Assembly: GCA_047602885.1 (NCBI GenBank)
Contig: JBLKOQ010000005.1
Location: 1 to 50,056 of the forward strand
Direction of reading: 5' to 3'
Origin: Candidatus Woesearchaeota archaeon
Lineage (GTDB): Archaea > Nanobdellota > Nanobdellia > Woesearchaeales > WAPJ01
DNA: 50,056 nt
Positions 19,968 through 30,044 of this stretch are shown one piece after another. The position numbers and the translations under genes are program-made. The notes beneath the pieces were generated by a model. The model was not told where the DNA came from and made no database searches. It saw only the letters and a program-made list of their open reading frames with translations. Every line of letters begins with the position of its first letter. Position 1 is the first letter of the stretch.

Positions 19968-20555
19968 ATGGGCAGGAAAATTCCTATAAGGATAAGAAAA
20001 AATATTGCGAGGATGTATGATGCTGGGCTTAGTCCTAAAGAAATATCATTAAAAATGGGTGTTCCTTACGCTACCGTGTACGGGCATACTCGCTTAAGAG
20101 ATCGTATTAATCCTGAGACTGGTAAGAAGTTCGAGTCAAGACACCAATACCACGAATACCTCGCAAGACAAAAGACCAACCCCGAAACTGGCAAGCCTTT
20201 TGAGTCAAGACACCAATACCACGAATACCTCGCAAGACAAAAGACCAACCCCGAAACTGGAAAGAAGTTCGATACGTTATACCAGTATTATGATATGGTT
20301 GCCATAGAGAGGTCTCGTAATCTTGAAAATAGTGTGATTAGCAGTATCATTAATCTTAGGCTTAGAGAGCTAGCAAAGAATAAGTCATGGCTGTCCAAAC
20401 AAACAGGGATAGCATCGCAGAGGATATCAGAGTATGCTGCAGGAAAAATACTGCCTGAACCCGAGAATTTTAGGGCCATATGCAACGCTCTTGACATACG
20501 CTATGATACGCTAGAAAGCCTGCTATCTATAGAGTATAAGCCTATAAGAGAATAA
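19968..20555 (+). CDS. Transcriptional regulator: N-terminal HTH, three NPETG repeats, C-terminal XRE HTH
   Basis: GLSPKEISLKMGVPYATVY; KSWLSKQTGIASQRISEYAAGKILP. Confidence 0.8.
   Translation: MGRKIPIRIRKNIARMYDAGLSPKEISLKMGVPYATVYGHTRLRDRINPETGKKFESRHQYHEYLARQKTNPETGKPFESRHQYHEYLARQKTNPETGKKFDTLYQYYDMVAIERSRNLENSVISSIINLRLRELAKNKSWLSKQTGIASQRISEYAAGKILPEPENFRAICNALDIRYDTLESLLSIEYKPIRE
20109..20290 (+). repeat. 69-bp (23-aa) coding tandem repeat, about 2.6 copies
   Basis: NPETGK(K/P)FESRHQYHEYLARQKT starting at 20109, 20178 and 20247. Confidence 0.92.
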
Positions 20556-20625
20556 CCTGATATAATCTTAGAAATACTCACTTTTTTAAAACCATGCCCT
20601 TTTTTACTTTGTGGTCGGATATATA

Positions 20626-22278
20626 ATGGCTAATAATAAGGCAGAGGAGATGGCTCTAAAGCAGCGTGATATTAGCGTAGCAGAGTTTTTTGAGAAGAAC
20701 AGGCACTTATTAGGGTTTGACAATAAGAGGAAGGCATTATTGACTACTGTGAAAGAAGCTGTAGATAATGCTCTTGATGCCTGTGAAGAGGCTGATGTAC
20801 TACCTGAGATTATAGTAGAAATTGTTGATATGGGCAATGATAGGTTCAGGGTTGTCATAGAGGATAATGGTCCTGGTATAATAAAAGCTCAGATCCCAAA
20901 TATTTTTGCTAAACTATTATATGGCTCAAAATTCCATAAGCTCTCTCAGAGCAGGGGACAGCAAGGCATAGGAATATCAGCTTCTGTATTGTATGGTCAG
21001 CTTACTACTGGTAAGCCTGCCAGAATCACTAGTAAGACAGGTCCTAATAATCCTGCGCATTATTATGAATTGTATATTGATACTCAGAAGAATAAGCCTA
21101 CCATACAAAAGGATGATATTGTAGATTGGCATAAGGAGCAGGGAACTAAGATAGAAATAGACCTTGAAGGGAGTTATCTTAAAGGAGGCCAGAGTGTAGA
21201 CGAATATCTTAAGGAAACAGCTATTATTAATCCTCATTGTACTGTTATTTATACTAATCCCAAAGCAGAACAATTCATATTTGCGCGGGCTACTGATGTA
21301 TTGCCTAGAAAGCCTATCAGCATAAAACCCCATCCTCACGGCATAGAATTGGGTATGCTTATGAAGATGATACAACAGTCTGAGCATAAGACTCTTAGGT
21401 CTTTTATGATGAACGATTTTTCTAGGGTAGGGAGTCAGACTGCTAATGAGATATGTGCTAATGCTGCTATTCCTCCTGATACCAGGATAAAAAAGCTTAG
21501 TCATGAGGAGTATGACAGGCTTATGAAGGCTATTAAAGAGACTAGGATAATGGCTCCTTCCACAGAGTCTATTAGTCCTATAGGAAAGGAATTGGTGGAA
21601 AGAGGCCTAAAAAAAGAGATTAATGCAGAGTTTTATGTTTCTGTATCCAGGCCTCCTGCTATATATCGTGGTAATCCTTTTGTTATAGAAGTGGGAATGG
21701 CTTATGGTGGTGATATTCCTGGTGATAAGCCTGCTACCATGTTAAGATTTGCTAATAGGGTTCCATTATTATACCAGCAGGGTTCTTGCGCTTTTACTGA
21801 TGCTGTTGTTAAGACTAACTGGAAGTCTTATGGGTTATCCCAGAGTCAGAGGAGTCTTCCTCAAGGCCCTATAATAATATTAGTTCATATAGCCTCAGTA
21901 TGGGTTCCTTTTACCAGTGAGGCTAAAGAAGCTATAGCCCATTATCCTGAGATTATTAAAGAGGTTAGGCTTGCTATGCAAGAGGCAGGAAGATCATTAG
22001 GATCTTATGTTAGGAAGAAAGGCCGTGTTAAGGATGAGATGAAAAAACGTTCTTATATCGAAACGTACATCCCTCATATTTCGAGTGCTCTCATCGAATT
22101 ATTAGAATTGGACAATAAGCTTGAGCCTGAGATAAGCAATAACCTAAGAGTAATATTGGAGAAGACTCGTGGCAAGATAGCTGAAGTAGGATTAAAAGCT
22201 GAGGACAATACTGAGTATGACGAGGCATTAGCGTCTATAGGGAGAGGTAGTGGAGTTGAGGATGATGAAGAAGAATGA
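20626..22278 (+). CDS. top6B: DNA topoisomerase VI subunit B
   Basis: ISVAEFFEKN, KEAVDNALDACE, EDNGPG, QSRGQQGIG, RFANRVPL. Confidence 0.97.
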   Translation: MANNKAEEMALKQRDISVAEFFEKNRHLLGFDNKRKALLTTVKEAVDNALDACEEADVLPEIIVEIVDMGNDRFRVVIEDNGPGIIKAQIPNIFAKLLYGSKFHKLSQSRGQQGIGISASVLYGQLTTGKPARITSKTGPNNPAHYYELYIDTQKNKPTIQKDDIVDWHKEQGTKIEIDLEGSYLKGGQSVDEYLKETAIINPHCTVIYTNPKAEQFIFARATDVLPRKPISIKPHPHGIELGMLMKMIQQSEHKTLRSFMMNDFSRVGSQTANEICANAAIPPDTRIKKLSHEEYDRLMKAIKETRIMAPSTESISPIGKELVERGLKKEINAEFYVSVSRPPAIYRGNPFVIEVGMAYGGDIPGDKPATMLRFANRVPLLYQQGSCAFTDAVVKTNWKSYGLSQSQRSLPQGPIIILVHIASVWVPFTSEAKEAIAHYPEIIKEVRLAMQEAGRSLGSYVRKKGRVKDEMKKRSYIETYIPHISSALIELLELDNKLEPEISNNLRVILEKTRGKIAEVGLKAEDNTEYDEALASIGRGSGVEDDEEE

Positions 22279-23353
22279 TGTTAATGATAAGGTGAAGGAT
22301 GTTGCTGATGACATCTATAATGATATTGCTAAGCATCATAGTCCAAGCCTCAATATTCCTTTGAGGAGTCTTAATAATGTTGCTTATAATTCTAAGGACG
22401 GTTATTTTGAGCTTATAGGGAAGATGAAGAAGAGGACTCTTACTGCTAATACTGCCAAGACTTTTGCACAGACTCTAAGACTGTTAACATTGTCTAAAGA
22501 GCTTGTAAAAACTGATGATATTGCTACTAAAAGAGAAGCGTATTATGTTTCTAAGAACTGGGAGGAAGCCCGTTTTATAGAGCAGGAAGAGTCTGATACT
22601 GTAATGGATGATATTGAGGCAATGTTGCAGGTTAATAGGGAGCAGATGGGTTTTATTCCTGAAGAGAAGGGAGGGGATATTGCAGGCGAAATAGTTATTA
22701 TAGAAACTGATCCTGATACTAATAAGGAGGTTAGGCATGACTGTTCCAAATATGTTTCTGGAGCTTATAGTGTTCCTTCACAGGTAGAGGATCTTGGTTT
22801 TGAGACTAAAGCCAAACTGGTATTAGCAATAGAAACTGCGGGTATGTTCCAGCGGTTGGTTAAACATAAGTTTTGGAAGAAGCATAATGCTATACTTGTC
22901 AGTATGGGAGGAGTTCCTACTAGAGCTACTAGGAGGTTTGTAAGGAGGCTTTCTGACGAGAAAAATATACCTGTATTCGTTTTTACTGACGGCGATCCTT
23001 ATGGTTGGCTCAATATTTATAGAACGCTAAAAGTAGGCTCTGGCAACGCAGCTCATATTAATGAGTTCTTCTGTGTTCCTAAAGCAAAATTCTTTGGGAT
23101 TACCGCTAAGGATATTGTAAAGTATAAGCTGCCTACACATCCTCTCAAGGATGTTGATATTAAGAGGATACAGGATGGTTTGAAGAACGATCCTTTTATC
23201 AAGGCTCATAAGGAATGGCAGTTAGAGCTTAAGGACTTGATGAAAATGAAGAAGCGTGCAGAACAGCAAGCGCTCGCTACTCACGGTCTTAATTTTGTCA
23301 TCTCAGACTATCTGCCTCAGAAGATAAGTGATCCTAAGAGTTGGCTGCCTTAA
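22262..23353 (+). CDS. top6A: DNA topoisomerase VI subunit A
   Basis: TKREAYY, EQEESD, AIETAG, FTDGDPYG, KAEQQ-like motif. Confidence 0.97.
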   Translation: MMKKNDVNDKVKDVADDIYNDIAKHHSPSLNIPLRSLNNVAYNSKDGYFELIGKMKKRTLTANTAKTFAQTLRLLTLSKELVKTDDIATKREAYYVSKNWEEARFIEQEESDTVMDDIEAMLQVNREQMGFIPEEKGGDIAGEIVIIETDPDTNKEVRHDCSKYVSGAYSVPSQVEDLGFETKAKLVLAIETAGMFQRLVKHKFWKKHNAILVSMGGVPTRATRRFVRRLSDEKNIPVFVFTDGDPYGWLNIYRTLKVGSGNAAHINEFFCVPKAKFFGITAKDIVKYKLPTHPLKDVDIKRIQDGLKNDPFIKAHKEWQLELKDLMKMKKRAEQQALATHGLNFVISDYLPQKISDPKSWLP

Positions 23354-23365
23354 CTTTATAGGCCG

Positions 23366-24073
23366 TCATATCTGTCCTTGGTTATTGCCTCCTATGCCTA
23401 CTGCTGTTTTTATTGCTCCTGCAGCTTCTGCTATGGGATTCTTCTCAACCAATGGTATTTGCAAAAAATTTGCTATCTCTTGCGCTTGTCTTAACGTCTT
23501 GCTAGTGCCAAAAGCGCCAAGGCTTATCATTCCCCTCTCTGATGTTCTGGTAAATATTGTTATCATTCCTACCTTTGATGATATTAGTGTTATTGTCTCT
23601 GTAATCCTCATTCTTGGTCCTGTACTGCCTCTACCGCTTGCAGAAGTGGAGCCGAATGTCATTTGCTGGTCTTTCCTGTATTCTACACTCTTAATATCTG
23701 ATAATTCTGCTGCAACATCCTGTTTTTTTAGCAGTCCTTTCCTGTTAAGCGTCATCCTGCCTAGATTCTTGTCCAGTACTATAGTTAGTCTTGACCATGT
23801 AGCTATTACTAGTCCTCCTACAGCAAGGAATATGAGTGGTACGTATGATGCAAATTGGTTGTATACGAATGGTATGACAAAGAATAATGCGATTCCCACT
23901 ACCGCAAATATTAGCCCGAATACTATCTGGACTATGCCAAGGTCATCAAGCGTCATCTTTGTATTATCAGTTTTGATTCTCATCCACAAATACTCCAATA
24001 TAGTGTATATATACTTTGTTATCATCCTTCTCCCCATTATAGTATCATTTAGTAAACTTTTAATAAAGGACAT
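23366..24073 (-). CDS. Membrane hypothetical protein (true start probably downstream, about 23989)
   Basis: Two TM helices followed by a soluble beta-rich domain. Confidence 0.6.
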   Translation of the reverse strand: MSFIKSLLNDTIMGRRMITKYIYTILEYLWMRIKTDNTKMTLDDLGIVQIVFGLIFAVVGIALFFVIPFVYNQFASYVPLIFLAVGGLVIATWSRLTIVLDKNLGRMTLNRKGLLKKQDVAAELSDIKSVEYRKDQQMTFGSTSASGRGSTGPRMRITETITLISSKVGMITIFTRTSERGMISLGAFGTSKTLRQAQEIANFLQIPLVEKNPIAEAAGAIKTAVGIGGNNQGQI

Positions 24074-24088
24074 TTAGTCCTTGTTCTT

Positions 24089-24682
24089 ATGAAGATAGGA
24101 TTGGATATGGATGAAGTATTGGCTCAGTTCCTCGCTACTTTCATAATATACCATAATGATAAGTATAATACTAATCATAGGCTTGAGGATATTGACGAGT
24201 TTGAGTTATGGAAGGTCTGGGGTGGGAAGAAGGGCGAGATAGGAGAGAGGATTAAGCAGTTTATTAAGGATGGTGGAGTAAGCTCTCTTAGTCCTGTTCC
24301 TAATGCCCAAAAAATCATTATGGAATTGAAAAAAGATCACGAACTCTTTGTGATTACTGCAAGGCATGATTCCGGCAGACTGTTGACTGAGAAGTGGCTT
24401 GAAGAGCATTATCCTGAAGCTTTTATGGATGTTCATTTCTCTAATGATTCTCATAAGGATAATGAGAGCCAGAAGTCTAAGGCTGATATATGCACAGAAC
24501 TTGGCATTGATATAATGGTAGAGGACTCTTATGAGTTCGCTCATACTATAGCATCTGTAAATATTCCTGTATTGCTTTTAGATTATTCTTGGAATAGGAA
24601 TAAGCCTCCTACCCATAATATTTATCGCGTATATTCGTGGAATGATATTCCTAGGAAGATTAATAGTATTCATAATGTATAG
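24089..24682 (+). CDS. HAD-family 5'(3')-deoxyribonucleotidase (NT5C-like)
   Basis: IGLDMDEVL, VITAR, MVEDS, WNR. Confidence 0.88.
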   Translation: MKIGLDMDEVLAQFLATFIIYHNDKYNTNHRLEDIDEFELWKVWGGKKGEIGERIKQFIKDGGVSSLSPVPNAQKIIMELKKDHELFVITARHDSGRLLTEKWLEEHYPEAFMDVHFSNDSHKDNESQKSKADICTELGIDIMVEDSYEFAHTIASVNIPVLLLDYSWNRNKPPTHNIYRVYSWNDIPRKINSIHNV

Positions 24683-25170
24683 TTAGTGTGTGTTATGTCC
24701 TCTAGTTCTGCCATGTAGTTCATATTATCGATTGATACTGCAACCCCTCTCATTATCCTGTTTTTATTGCGCTTAAACATGTTCTGTATTATGATATAGT
24801 CCGATGGTATTATCTCTTTTTTCCTCTTTTGGAGTTCTCTTAACGGTATCCTCTCTATGCCTTTTCCTCTGGGCTCTTCGTCTACAGGCATTATGTATAT
24901 GTGCATAGAATAGTGTCCTATCCTTCCCTTTTCTATTATAGTCTCATATAGTATTCCTCCGCCTGATAAAGGCGCTTGGAAGACTCCTATTTCTTCTACC
25001 ATCTCTCTCATCAGAGCCTCATAATAGTCATAATCGTGCTCTTCGACTTTCCCGCCTGGAAGTCCTAATAGTCCTTTGTAAGGACTCTTCTCTCTTCTTA
25101 TAAGGTACATACCCTTATCGTATATTGGAATCGCCAGTGACACTTTTATCAGTCTCTCTAAGCCCTCCAT
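24670..25170 (-). CDS. NUDIX hydrolase
   Basis: LPGGKVE...ALMREMVEEIG. Confidence 0.88.
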   Translation of the reverse strand: MEGLERLIKVSLAIPIYDKGMYLIRREKSPYKGLLGLPGGKVEEHDYDYYEALMREMVEEIGVFQAPLSGGGILYETIIEKGRIGHYSMHIYIMPVDEEPRGKGIERIPLRELQKRKKEIIPSDYIIIQNMFKRNKNRIMRGVAVSIDNMNYMAELEDITHTNYTL

Positions 25171-25302
25171 ATCACTGCTATTATCATGTTATACTAATTG
25201 TTTTCGGTGTGACAATAGCGTTCATATCCAGCTGTGTCAACCTTACGAATATAATTATTGTAGTAAAGCTTAAATATAACTTATTATATACAATTATATA
25301 AT

Positions 25303-25569
25303 ATGGCTTACTGTAATATGATTCACAGTCCAACACTCGATTCAGTAATAATGGTAGAAAAAACCATACAGAAGTATACTCAGGAGTATGGAAAATATCA
25401 GATTTGGAAGAGATTGCCAAAAAAAATGATGTATCAAACCTATCTAGTAATACTCGACTATCTGGAACAGTCAGGAAAAATAATGATAGATAAGGATGGA
25501 TGCGTAATCTGGACTTATGATCCTAAAGGAATCAAAAAAATTACTTCTTCAGGTGTCAAACTAATATGA
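25303..25569 (+). CDS. Small winged-helix protein, probable antitoxin
   Basis: HSPTLDSVIMVE, LPKKMMYQT, LDYLEQSGKI; ATGA overlap with the toxin remnant. Confidence 0.7.
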   Translation: MAYCNMIHSPTLDSVIMVEKTIQKYTQEYGKYQIWKRLPKKMMYQTYLVILDYLEQSGKIMIDKDGCVIWTYDPKGIKKITSSGVKLI

Positions 25570-25752
25570 CTGACAATCCCAATTATGTTGCTTTTAGGGA
25601 TAAGAAACTATAGAATTACTAATCTTTGGAAATATGACTTGCCCTCTGGATGGAGACTGATATACACTATTAAAACTGATGAAGTAATGATTATCAGTGT
25701 TATTCTTGAATGGTTCAGCCACAAGGATTATGAGAGACGTTTTAATTATTAG
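25566..25752 (+). pseudogene. RelE/ParE-like toxin pseudogene (probable internal deletion and frameshift)
   Basis: MTDNPNYVAFRDKKL-stop, then in another frame ITNLWKYDLPSGWRLIYTIKTDEVMIISVILEWFSHKDYERRFNY-stop. Confidence 0.7.
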
Positions 25753-25818
25753 TCTAATCTTTTTATATGCTTATTTTATACAAAATGATTATAAAAGATT
25801 CTGTGAATCTTATTCTAT

Positions 25819-25891
25819 GCTCCTGTAGTGTAGCCGGATATCACGGGGCCCTGCGGAGGCTTCAACCCGGGTTCGAATCCCGGCAGGAGCG
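25819..25891 (+). tRNA. tRNA-Arg(GCG)
   Basis: Acceptor GCTCCTG/CAGGAGC, anticodon loop CTGCGGA, T-arm CCGGG-TTCGAAT-CCCGG. Confidence 0.95.
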
Positions 25892-25893
25892 TA

Positions 25894-28068
25894 TCAATTC
25901 CTGTTAATAGAATGTATTTTAAGTGCATGTACCTCGGGCAATAGTTTCTGTTTTCTATATCCAGTGTAATAGTCTTCTAGTCTGGTCTGCTTATCATCCT
26001 GTGTCATTGCGATTATGTCTTTTATTGTTATGTTGAAAGGCTGCATTATCTCGTATAATGACTTTATCAGTATTTTCTTGTAGTGCTCATAGTCTATTAT
26101 AAGGTTCTTTTCTGTTGGCATGACAGCTCCCTTATTTGTTATTATGTATCTTATTTTCTGTCCAGGATAAAGCTTAATCCCTCTTTTCCTGTAATCGTTT
26201 AGGGCTTGTCTTATACTAGTGTTTTTTGCATATTCTTCTCTTCCTATAATTCTTGTGTATACTAGCTTTTCATGTTTTATTGTATAAAGTTTTTTTATTG
26301 CTTCTCTTAATATTCTTGTGAGTTTCGGAAAATGTTCTTGTATATCATTCCTTTTTCTTATTCCTTTCATGCTCTCTATTAGTGATTGTTGTATCATCCT
26401 CGCGTATGGAGGGTGTCCTTTGCTTCTTAGCATCAGCCCTCTTATCTTGTATTCTCCCGTCTTTTTTAGTCCGTAGTATCTTGTGCTAACCCTCCTCCTA
26501 TTGTCTGCAATGCTTGGCAGTATTATCATCCATTCATATACTGATTTTAGTTCTAGGGGTATCATTGTTCTTTTAGTCGCCTCACTAAGCAATCCCCTTA
26601 TTTTTTGTTCAGAATATTCCTTGTATTGTAAGTATAATGAGTCTACCACTCCGTTTATCGCTTTATATCCTTGTTCTTCTGCAATCTCTTTAGTGTCCAA
26701 TAATAATTCTCTTGAATAAGCTCCTATAGTCATATGCGCTACTCCTAATCCGAGCTTGAACTCCCTGAATCTTAGGTAGCCATAACTTGAGACTAGCACT
26801 GCTTTTAGGGCTTCTGACCTCTTGTTGTTTATTGTGGTAGGATTCTTCTTGTATTCCATTCTCTTGTCGAGGAACGGTTTTATGGACAATGGTATTATCC
26901 CCATATTATAGTCTGATATCATGATGCTTAGTCCTGGGACTCTTCTTAGAGGACTTTTATTTGACAATAATGTGTCCGCGCTTATATTATAATAGTATAT
27001 TATCCATGGGTACATGCTTGCAAAGTCTATTTCTATAATGTTATTGTAGAATCCTGGTTTTGGGTCCATTCTATGCCCGTACCTGTCTGACTTTATGTAT
27101 TCTGACACTTTCATAGGAGTGTCTACGGGCTTTTCCTTGTATGGGACTAGCATATTGTTTTGGTACAATGTTCTTATTATCTTCTGTTGGAATACGAATC
27201 CGAAGCTCCTCGAGACTATGTTCTGGAATCTTGCCCCTGACATTCTGCAAAGTTCTATTATTCCTGATATGTCTGATGATCGTCCTATAGCAGTATTAGT
27301 GTCTATTAGTAGTCTTCCTTTCAGTCTTATGGGACGGTCCTTGTATATTACGAGTCCGTAGCTGTGCCATGCTCTTCCCTCCTTGTACTCATGATTGTAT
27401 TCTCCTATCCTGTTAGGCTCGAACAATATATTGTTCTCTTTGAATCTGTGCATGATGTATGGAAAGTACAGGTATGCTCTTTCTATTATTATGATGTCAG
27501 GGTCTATTCTTGTAAACTCATCTTTGAATGTTGTTAGAACTTCTTTCTCATCTCCCGATATTACTCTGTCATCAAGTATTATTTTTTTAATTTGGTTATT
27601 GAATGATGACTGGATGTCTCCTGATGATACTAATTCTATTACTGTATTGGTTAGCTCAGGATCCTCTTCGATAAAATATTCATTATTGTCATTTGTATTT
27701 GTGAAAGGAAAAATATTGTTTTTAAGCATGAATTCTTCTTCTGGACTTATATCAGCATTGTATAGCTGCATCTTATAGTTTGTTATACTCTCAAATCTTC
27801 TTATGTATTCTTCATAACAGTCTATGTTTTCTATGAATGCATGGAATACTTTCTTTTTTCTTCCCATAAAATCGTTCATGGCACATTTGTAGTATGGAAG
27901 CCCTAGTCTCTTAAGTGCATATTCTGATTCTTTATTTTGGTCAGTGTAGAATGAGGCTACGAATCTTCTTTTTTGTAAAGAATTATTTAGGCCCTTCTTT
28001 TTCCATAGTACTATATGGTTTTTTTCCCTGAATACATCAATCAGGAATTCTTTCATTATTACCATCAT
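25894..28068 (-). CDS. Family B DNA polymerase, PolB2 group
   Basis: DFASMYP, KAVLVSSYGY, variant motif C NGVVDSLY; degenerate exonuclease region. Confidence 0.88.
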   Translation of the reverse strand: MMVIMKEFLIDVFREKNHIVLWKKKGLNNSLQKRRFVASFYTDQNKESEYALKRLGLPYYKCAMNDFMGRKKKVFHAFIENIDCYEEYIRRFESITNYKMQLYNADISPEEEFMLKNNIFPFTNTNDNNEYFIEEDPELTNTVIELVSSGDIQSSFNNQIKKIILDDRVISGDEKEVLTTFKDEFTRIDPDIIIIERAYLYFPYIMHRFKENNILFEPNRIGEYNHEYKEGRAWHSYGLVIYKDRPIRLKGRLLIDTNTAIGRSSDISGIIELCRMSGARFQNIVSRSFGFVFQQKIIRTLYQNNMLVPYKEKPVDTPMKVSEYIKSDRYGHRMDPKPGFYNNIIEIDFASMYPWIIYYYNISADTLLSNKSPLRRVPGLSIMISDYNMGIIPLSIKPFLDKRMEYKKNPTTINNKRSEALKAVLVSSYGYLRFREFKLGLGVAHMTIGAYSRELLLDTKEIAEEQGYKAINGVVDSLYLQYKEYSEQKIRGLLSEATKRTMIPLELKSVYEWMIILPSIADNRRRVSTRYYGLKKTGEYKIRGLMLRSKGHPPYARMIQQSLIESMKGIRKRNDIQEHFPKLTRILREAIKKLYTIKHEKLVYTRIIGREEYAKNTSIRQALNDYRKRGIKLYPGQKIRYIITNKGAVMPTEKNLIIDYEHYKKILIKSLYEIMQPFNITIKDIIAMTQDDKQTRLEDYYTGYRKQKLLPEVHALKIHSINRN

Positions 28069-28300
28069 ACATTATTATTTGCTGCATTTCCTTTTTCTGC
28101 TCTAACATTATGGAAAGCAAAAATAACGCCCATGTATTAATGCTTCCCGCATTGCTTATGCTACCGACATGGGAATGCACATCTCCTATCATCTTATCAA
28201 ACAATGATTTTTCTTCTTGTGATAATGCCCTCCTGTAGTCTTTTAGTTCCATTATTATTGTGTCTATTACCTGTTTTTGAGTGCTTATAGTATGTCCCAT
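28037..28300 (-). CDS. PolB2-associated small helical protein (arCOG07300-like)
   Basis: MGHT...YRRAL..EEK.LFD...LLSIMLEQ; overlaps the PolB2 start. Confidence 0.75.
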   Translation of the reverse strand: MGHTISTQKQVIDTIIMELKDYRRALSQEEKSLFDKMIGDVHSHVGSISNAGSINTWALFLLSIMLEQKKEMQQIIMYDGNNERIPD

Positions 28301-28399
28301 CTACATTGTATTATTTATGATATTAAAGGATTGATGCGAGGATGTCTTGTGAAAAGTTATTGGAAAGATTTATATACAACTGTAAACATTTCTTTACAT

Positions 28400-28930
28400 A
28401 TGGAAAGAATACTAACCATATTAAGCCCTTTTTTTGAGGATCCTCAAAGAAGGTTTGGAATAAGGGAGCTTTCAAGGATTCTTAAGATAAACCATACTAC
28501 TGTCAGACAACACCTGATAAGGTTAAAAAAAGAAGGATATCTTGAAGTTGAAAAAGAAGGATTATACTCATTTTATAAAATATTTCTGTCAAGAAAGACT
28601 CTTAATCTAAAATTGTATTATAATCTTGAGAAGATAAGAATGTCTGGACTTGTTGAAGAAATTGTAAGAAAATATGATTATCCTACTATTGGAATATTCG
28701 GAAGCTACGCTATAGGGATGGATTATGCTGATAGTGATATAGACATATGCATTCTGACTAGTATTACCAATGAAGTTGATCTAACTAAGTTCGAAAAAAA
28801 GTTGGGTAGAAAGATTAGCATCCACAGGTTTTCCGAAAAATCGTGGAGCAGGCTTAAGAAGACCAATCCCAATCTGGTTAACAATATTGCTAATGGTATT
28901 GTGCTTTCAGGCCAGATGGTACTTGTATGA
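28400..28930 (+). CDS. HTH-fused minimal nucleotidyltransferase (MNT antitoxin)
   Basis: IRELSRILKINHTTV HTH; IFGSYAIG....SDIDI. Confidence 0.88.
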   Translation: MERILTILSPFFEDPQRRFGIRELSRILKINHTTVRQHLIRLKKEGYLEVEKEGLYSFYKIFLSRKTLNLKLYYNLEKIRMSGLVEEIVRKYDYPTIGIFGSYAIGMDYADSDIDICILTSITNEVDLTKFEKKLGRKISIHRFSEKSWSRLKKTNPNLVNNIANGIVLSGQMVLV

Positions 28931-29337
28931 ATTTCAATACAAAACTAAGGAGGAAAAAAATAAAGATTATTAAGCCTGACATATTGAGAGCGAACAGTCT
29001 TGTTAAATCTTCTATAGAGGCTTTGAATACAGCTAATAGCATACCTTTAAGCGATGAAAGTTCCAAAACAGTTTTCAGGGAATTATATGAGTCTTTAAGA
29101 GAGTATTCTGAGGCCATAGGCTATCTTCATGGATACAAGTTCATGGACCATGAGTCTATAGGTTATTTTATCAATGAGAAGCTGGATGAAGAAAATGTAT
29201 ATGTACATTTTGATAGGTTTAGGAAGATAAGAAATTCCATAAACTATTATGGAGAGGATATTGATATAAGCACGGTTAAGGATGCAAAAAAGAGAGTTCC
29301 TCTAATGATAAAATCTCTTAGCAAACATTTAGATTAG
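28927..29337 (+). CDS. HEPN-domain protein (toxin partner)
   Basis: ATGA overlap with the MNT gene; ELYESLRE, DHES, RKIRNSINYYG. Confidence 0.75.
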   Translation: MNFNTKLRRKKIKIIKPDILRANSLVKSSIEALNTANSIPLSDESSKTVFRELYESLREYSEAIGYLHGYKFMDHESIGYFINEKLDEENVYVHFDRFRKIRNSINYYGEDIDISTVKDAKKRVPLMIKSLSKHLD

Positions 29338-29409
29338 TTATTTTCTTTTTCTAAACGTTTCATTATATGCAGTAATTGATCATCCCTAGTATTGGTTATT
29401 CATCCTCTA

Positions 29410-29841
29410 TTAAGATTCTGCCATTAAGCAATACCTTCTTACAATGGAATGGTGCGGCTCTTGATTTGGAAGCGATGCAAAAACGCTTGTCCCATACCTT
29501 TTTTCTATTTGTATAAGCATCCTATACGAGTCTTCTAGTACTTTATTATCCTCTAACCTATTGTTGTATGAGTAGAATCCTACTGGGAATGTTACGAATA
29601 TTCTTTTTATCTCAAGCTTTTTTATCCATGATGGCAACAGCCTTATTGCGCTTCTGAACCTGTATACTGATTCTATGCTAATTACATATACTCTGTCTAG
29701 CATGTCAATATCAATACAGTCTAATAACTTGTATGGATCGCATGCCCTTGCACTGTCTATTATTATGCTATTATGATATTTGAATGCCATTATTACTGTC
29801 TTCCTGTTGGCATCACCCCTCTCTGAAATGATTCCTATCAT
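29410..29841 (-). CDS. Truncated/inactive RecA-RadA-like protein of the PolB2 operon
   Basis: IIIDSARACDPY...LDRVYV resembles the RecA-fold core; no intact Walker A; same strand as PolB2. Confidence 0.55.
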   Translation of the reverse strand: MIGIISERGDANRKTVIMAFKYHNSIIIDSARACDPYKLLDCIDIDMLDRVYVISIESVYRFRSAIRLLPSWIKKLEIKRIFVTFPVGFYSYNNRLEDNKVLEDSYRMLIQIEKRYGTSVFASLPNQEPHHSIVRRYCLMAES

Positions 29842-29910
29842 AACGAGTATAAGATTTGATAGTATAATATGATGACATGGGGTTGTCTAATGAGTTCTTG
29901 TTATCATCCA

Positions 29911-30044
29911 GGCATTGTAGTAAAGGTGTGCGACAGCCGTCAGCACGAGCGGGAACGAACGTTCACGCTTGACGCTGATGCCGCCGGGGGTGACCCCTAC
30001 GGGGTGGCGCATAGCGCACTTTTTCAGACATTTTCTACAGAGCC
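29911..30044 (+). mobile_element. 134-bp MITE-like structured element, copy 2
   Basis: Imperfect TIRs GGCATTGTAGTAAA / TTTTCTACAGAGCC (11/14); flanking 9-bp duplication TATCATCCA / TATCGTCCA. Confidence 0.85.

Noticed and set aside
25819-30044. Integrated provirus or casposon at tRNA-Arg
   Set aside because: No integrase, Cas1 or capsid gene, no second copy of the tRNA end seen, and the polymerase is PolB2-type rather than protein-primed
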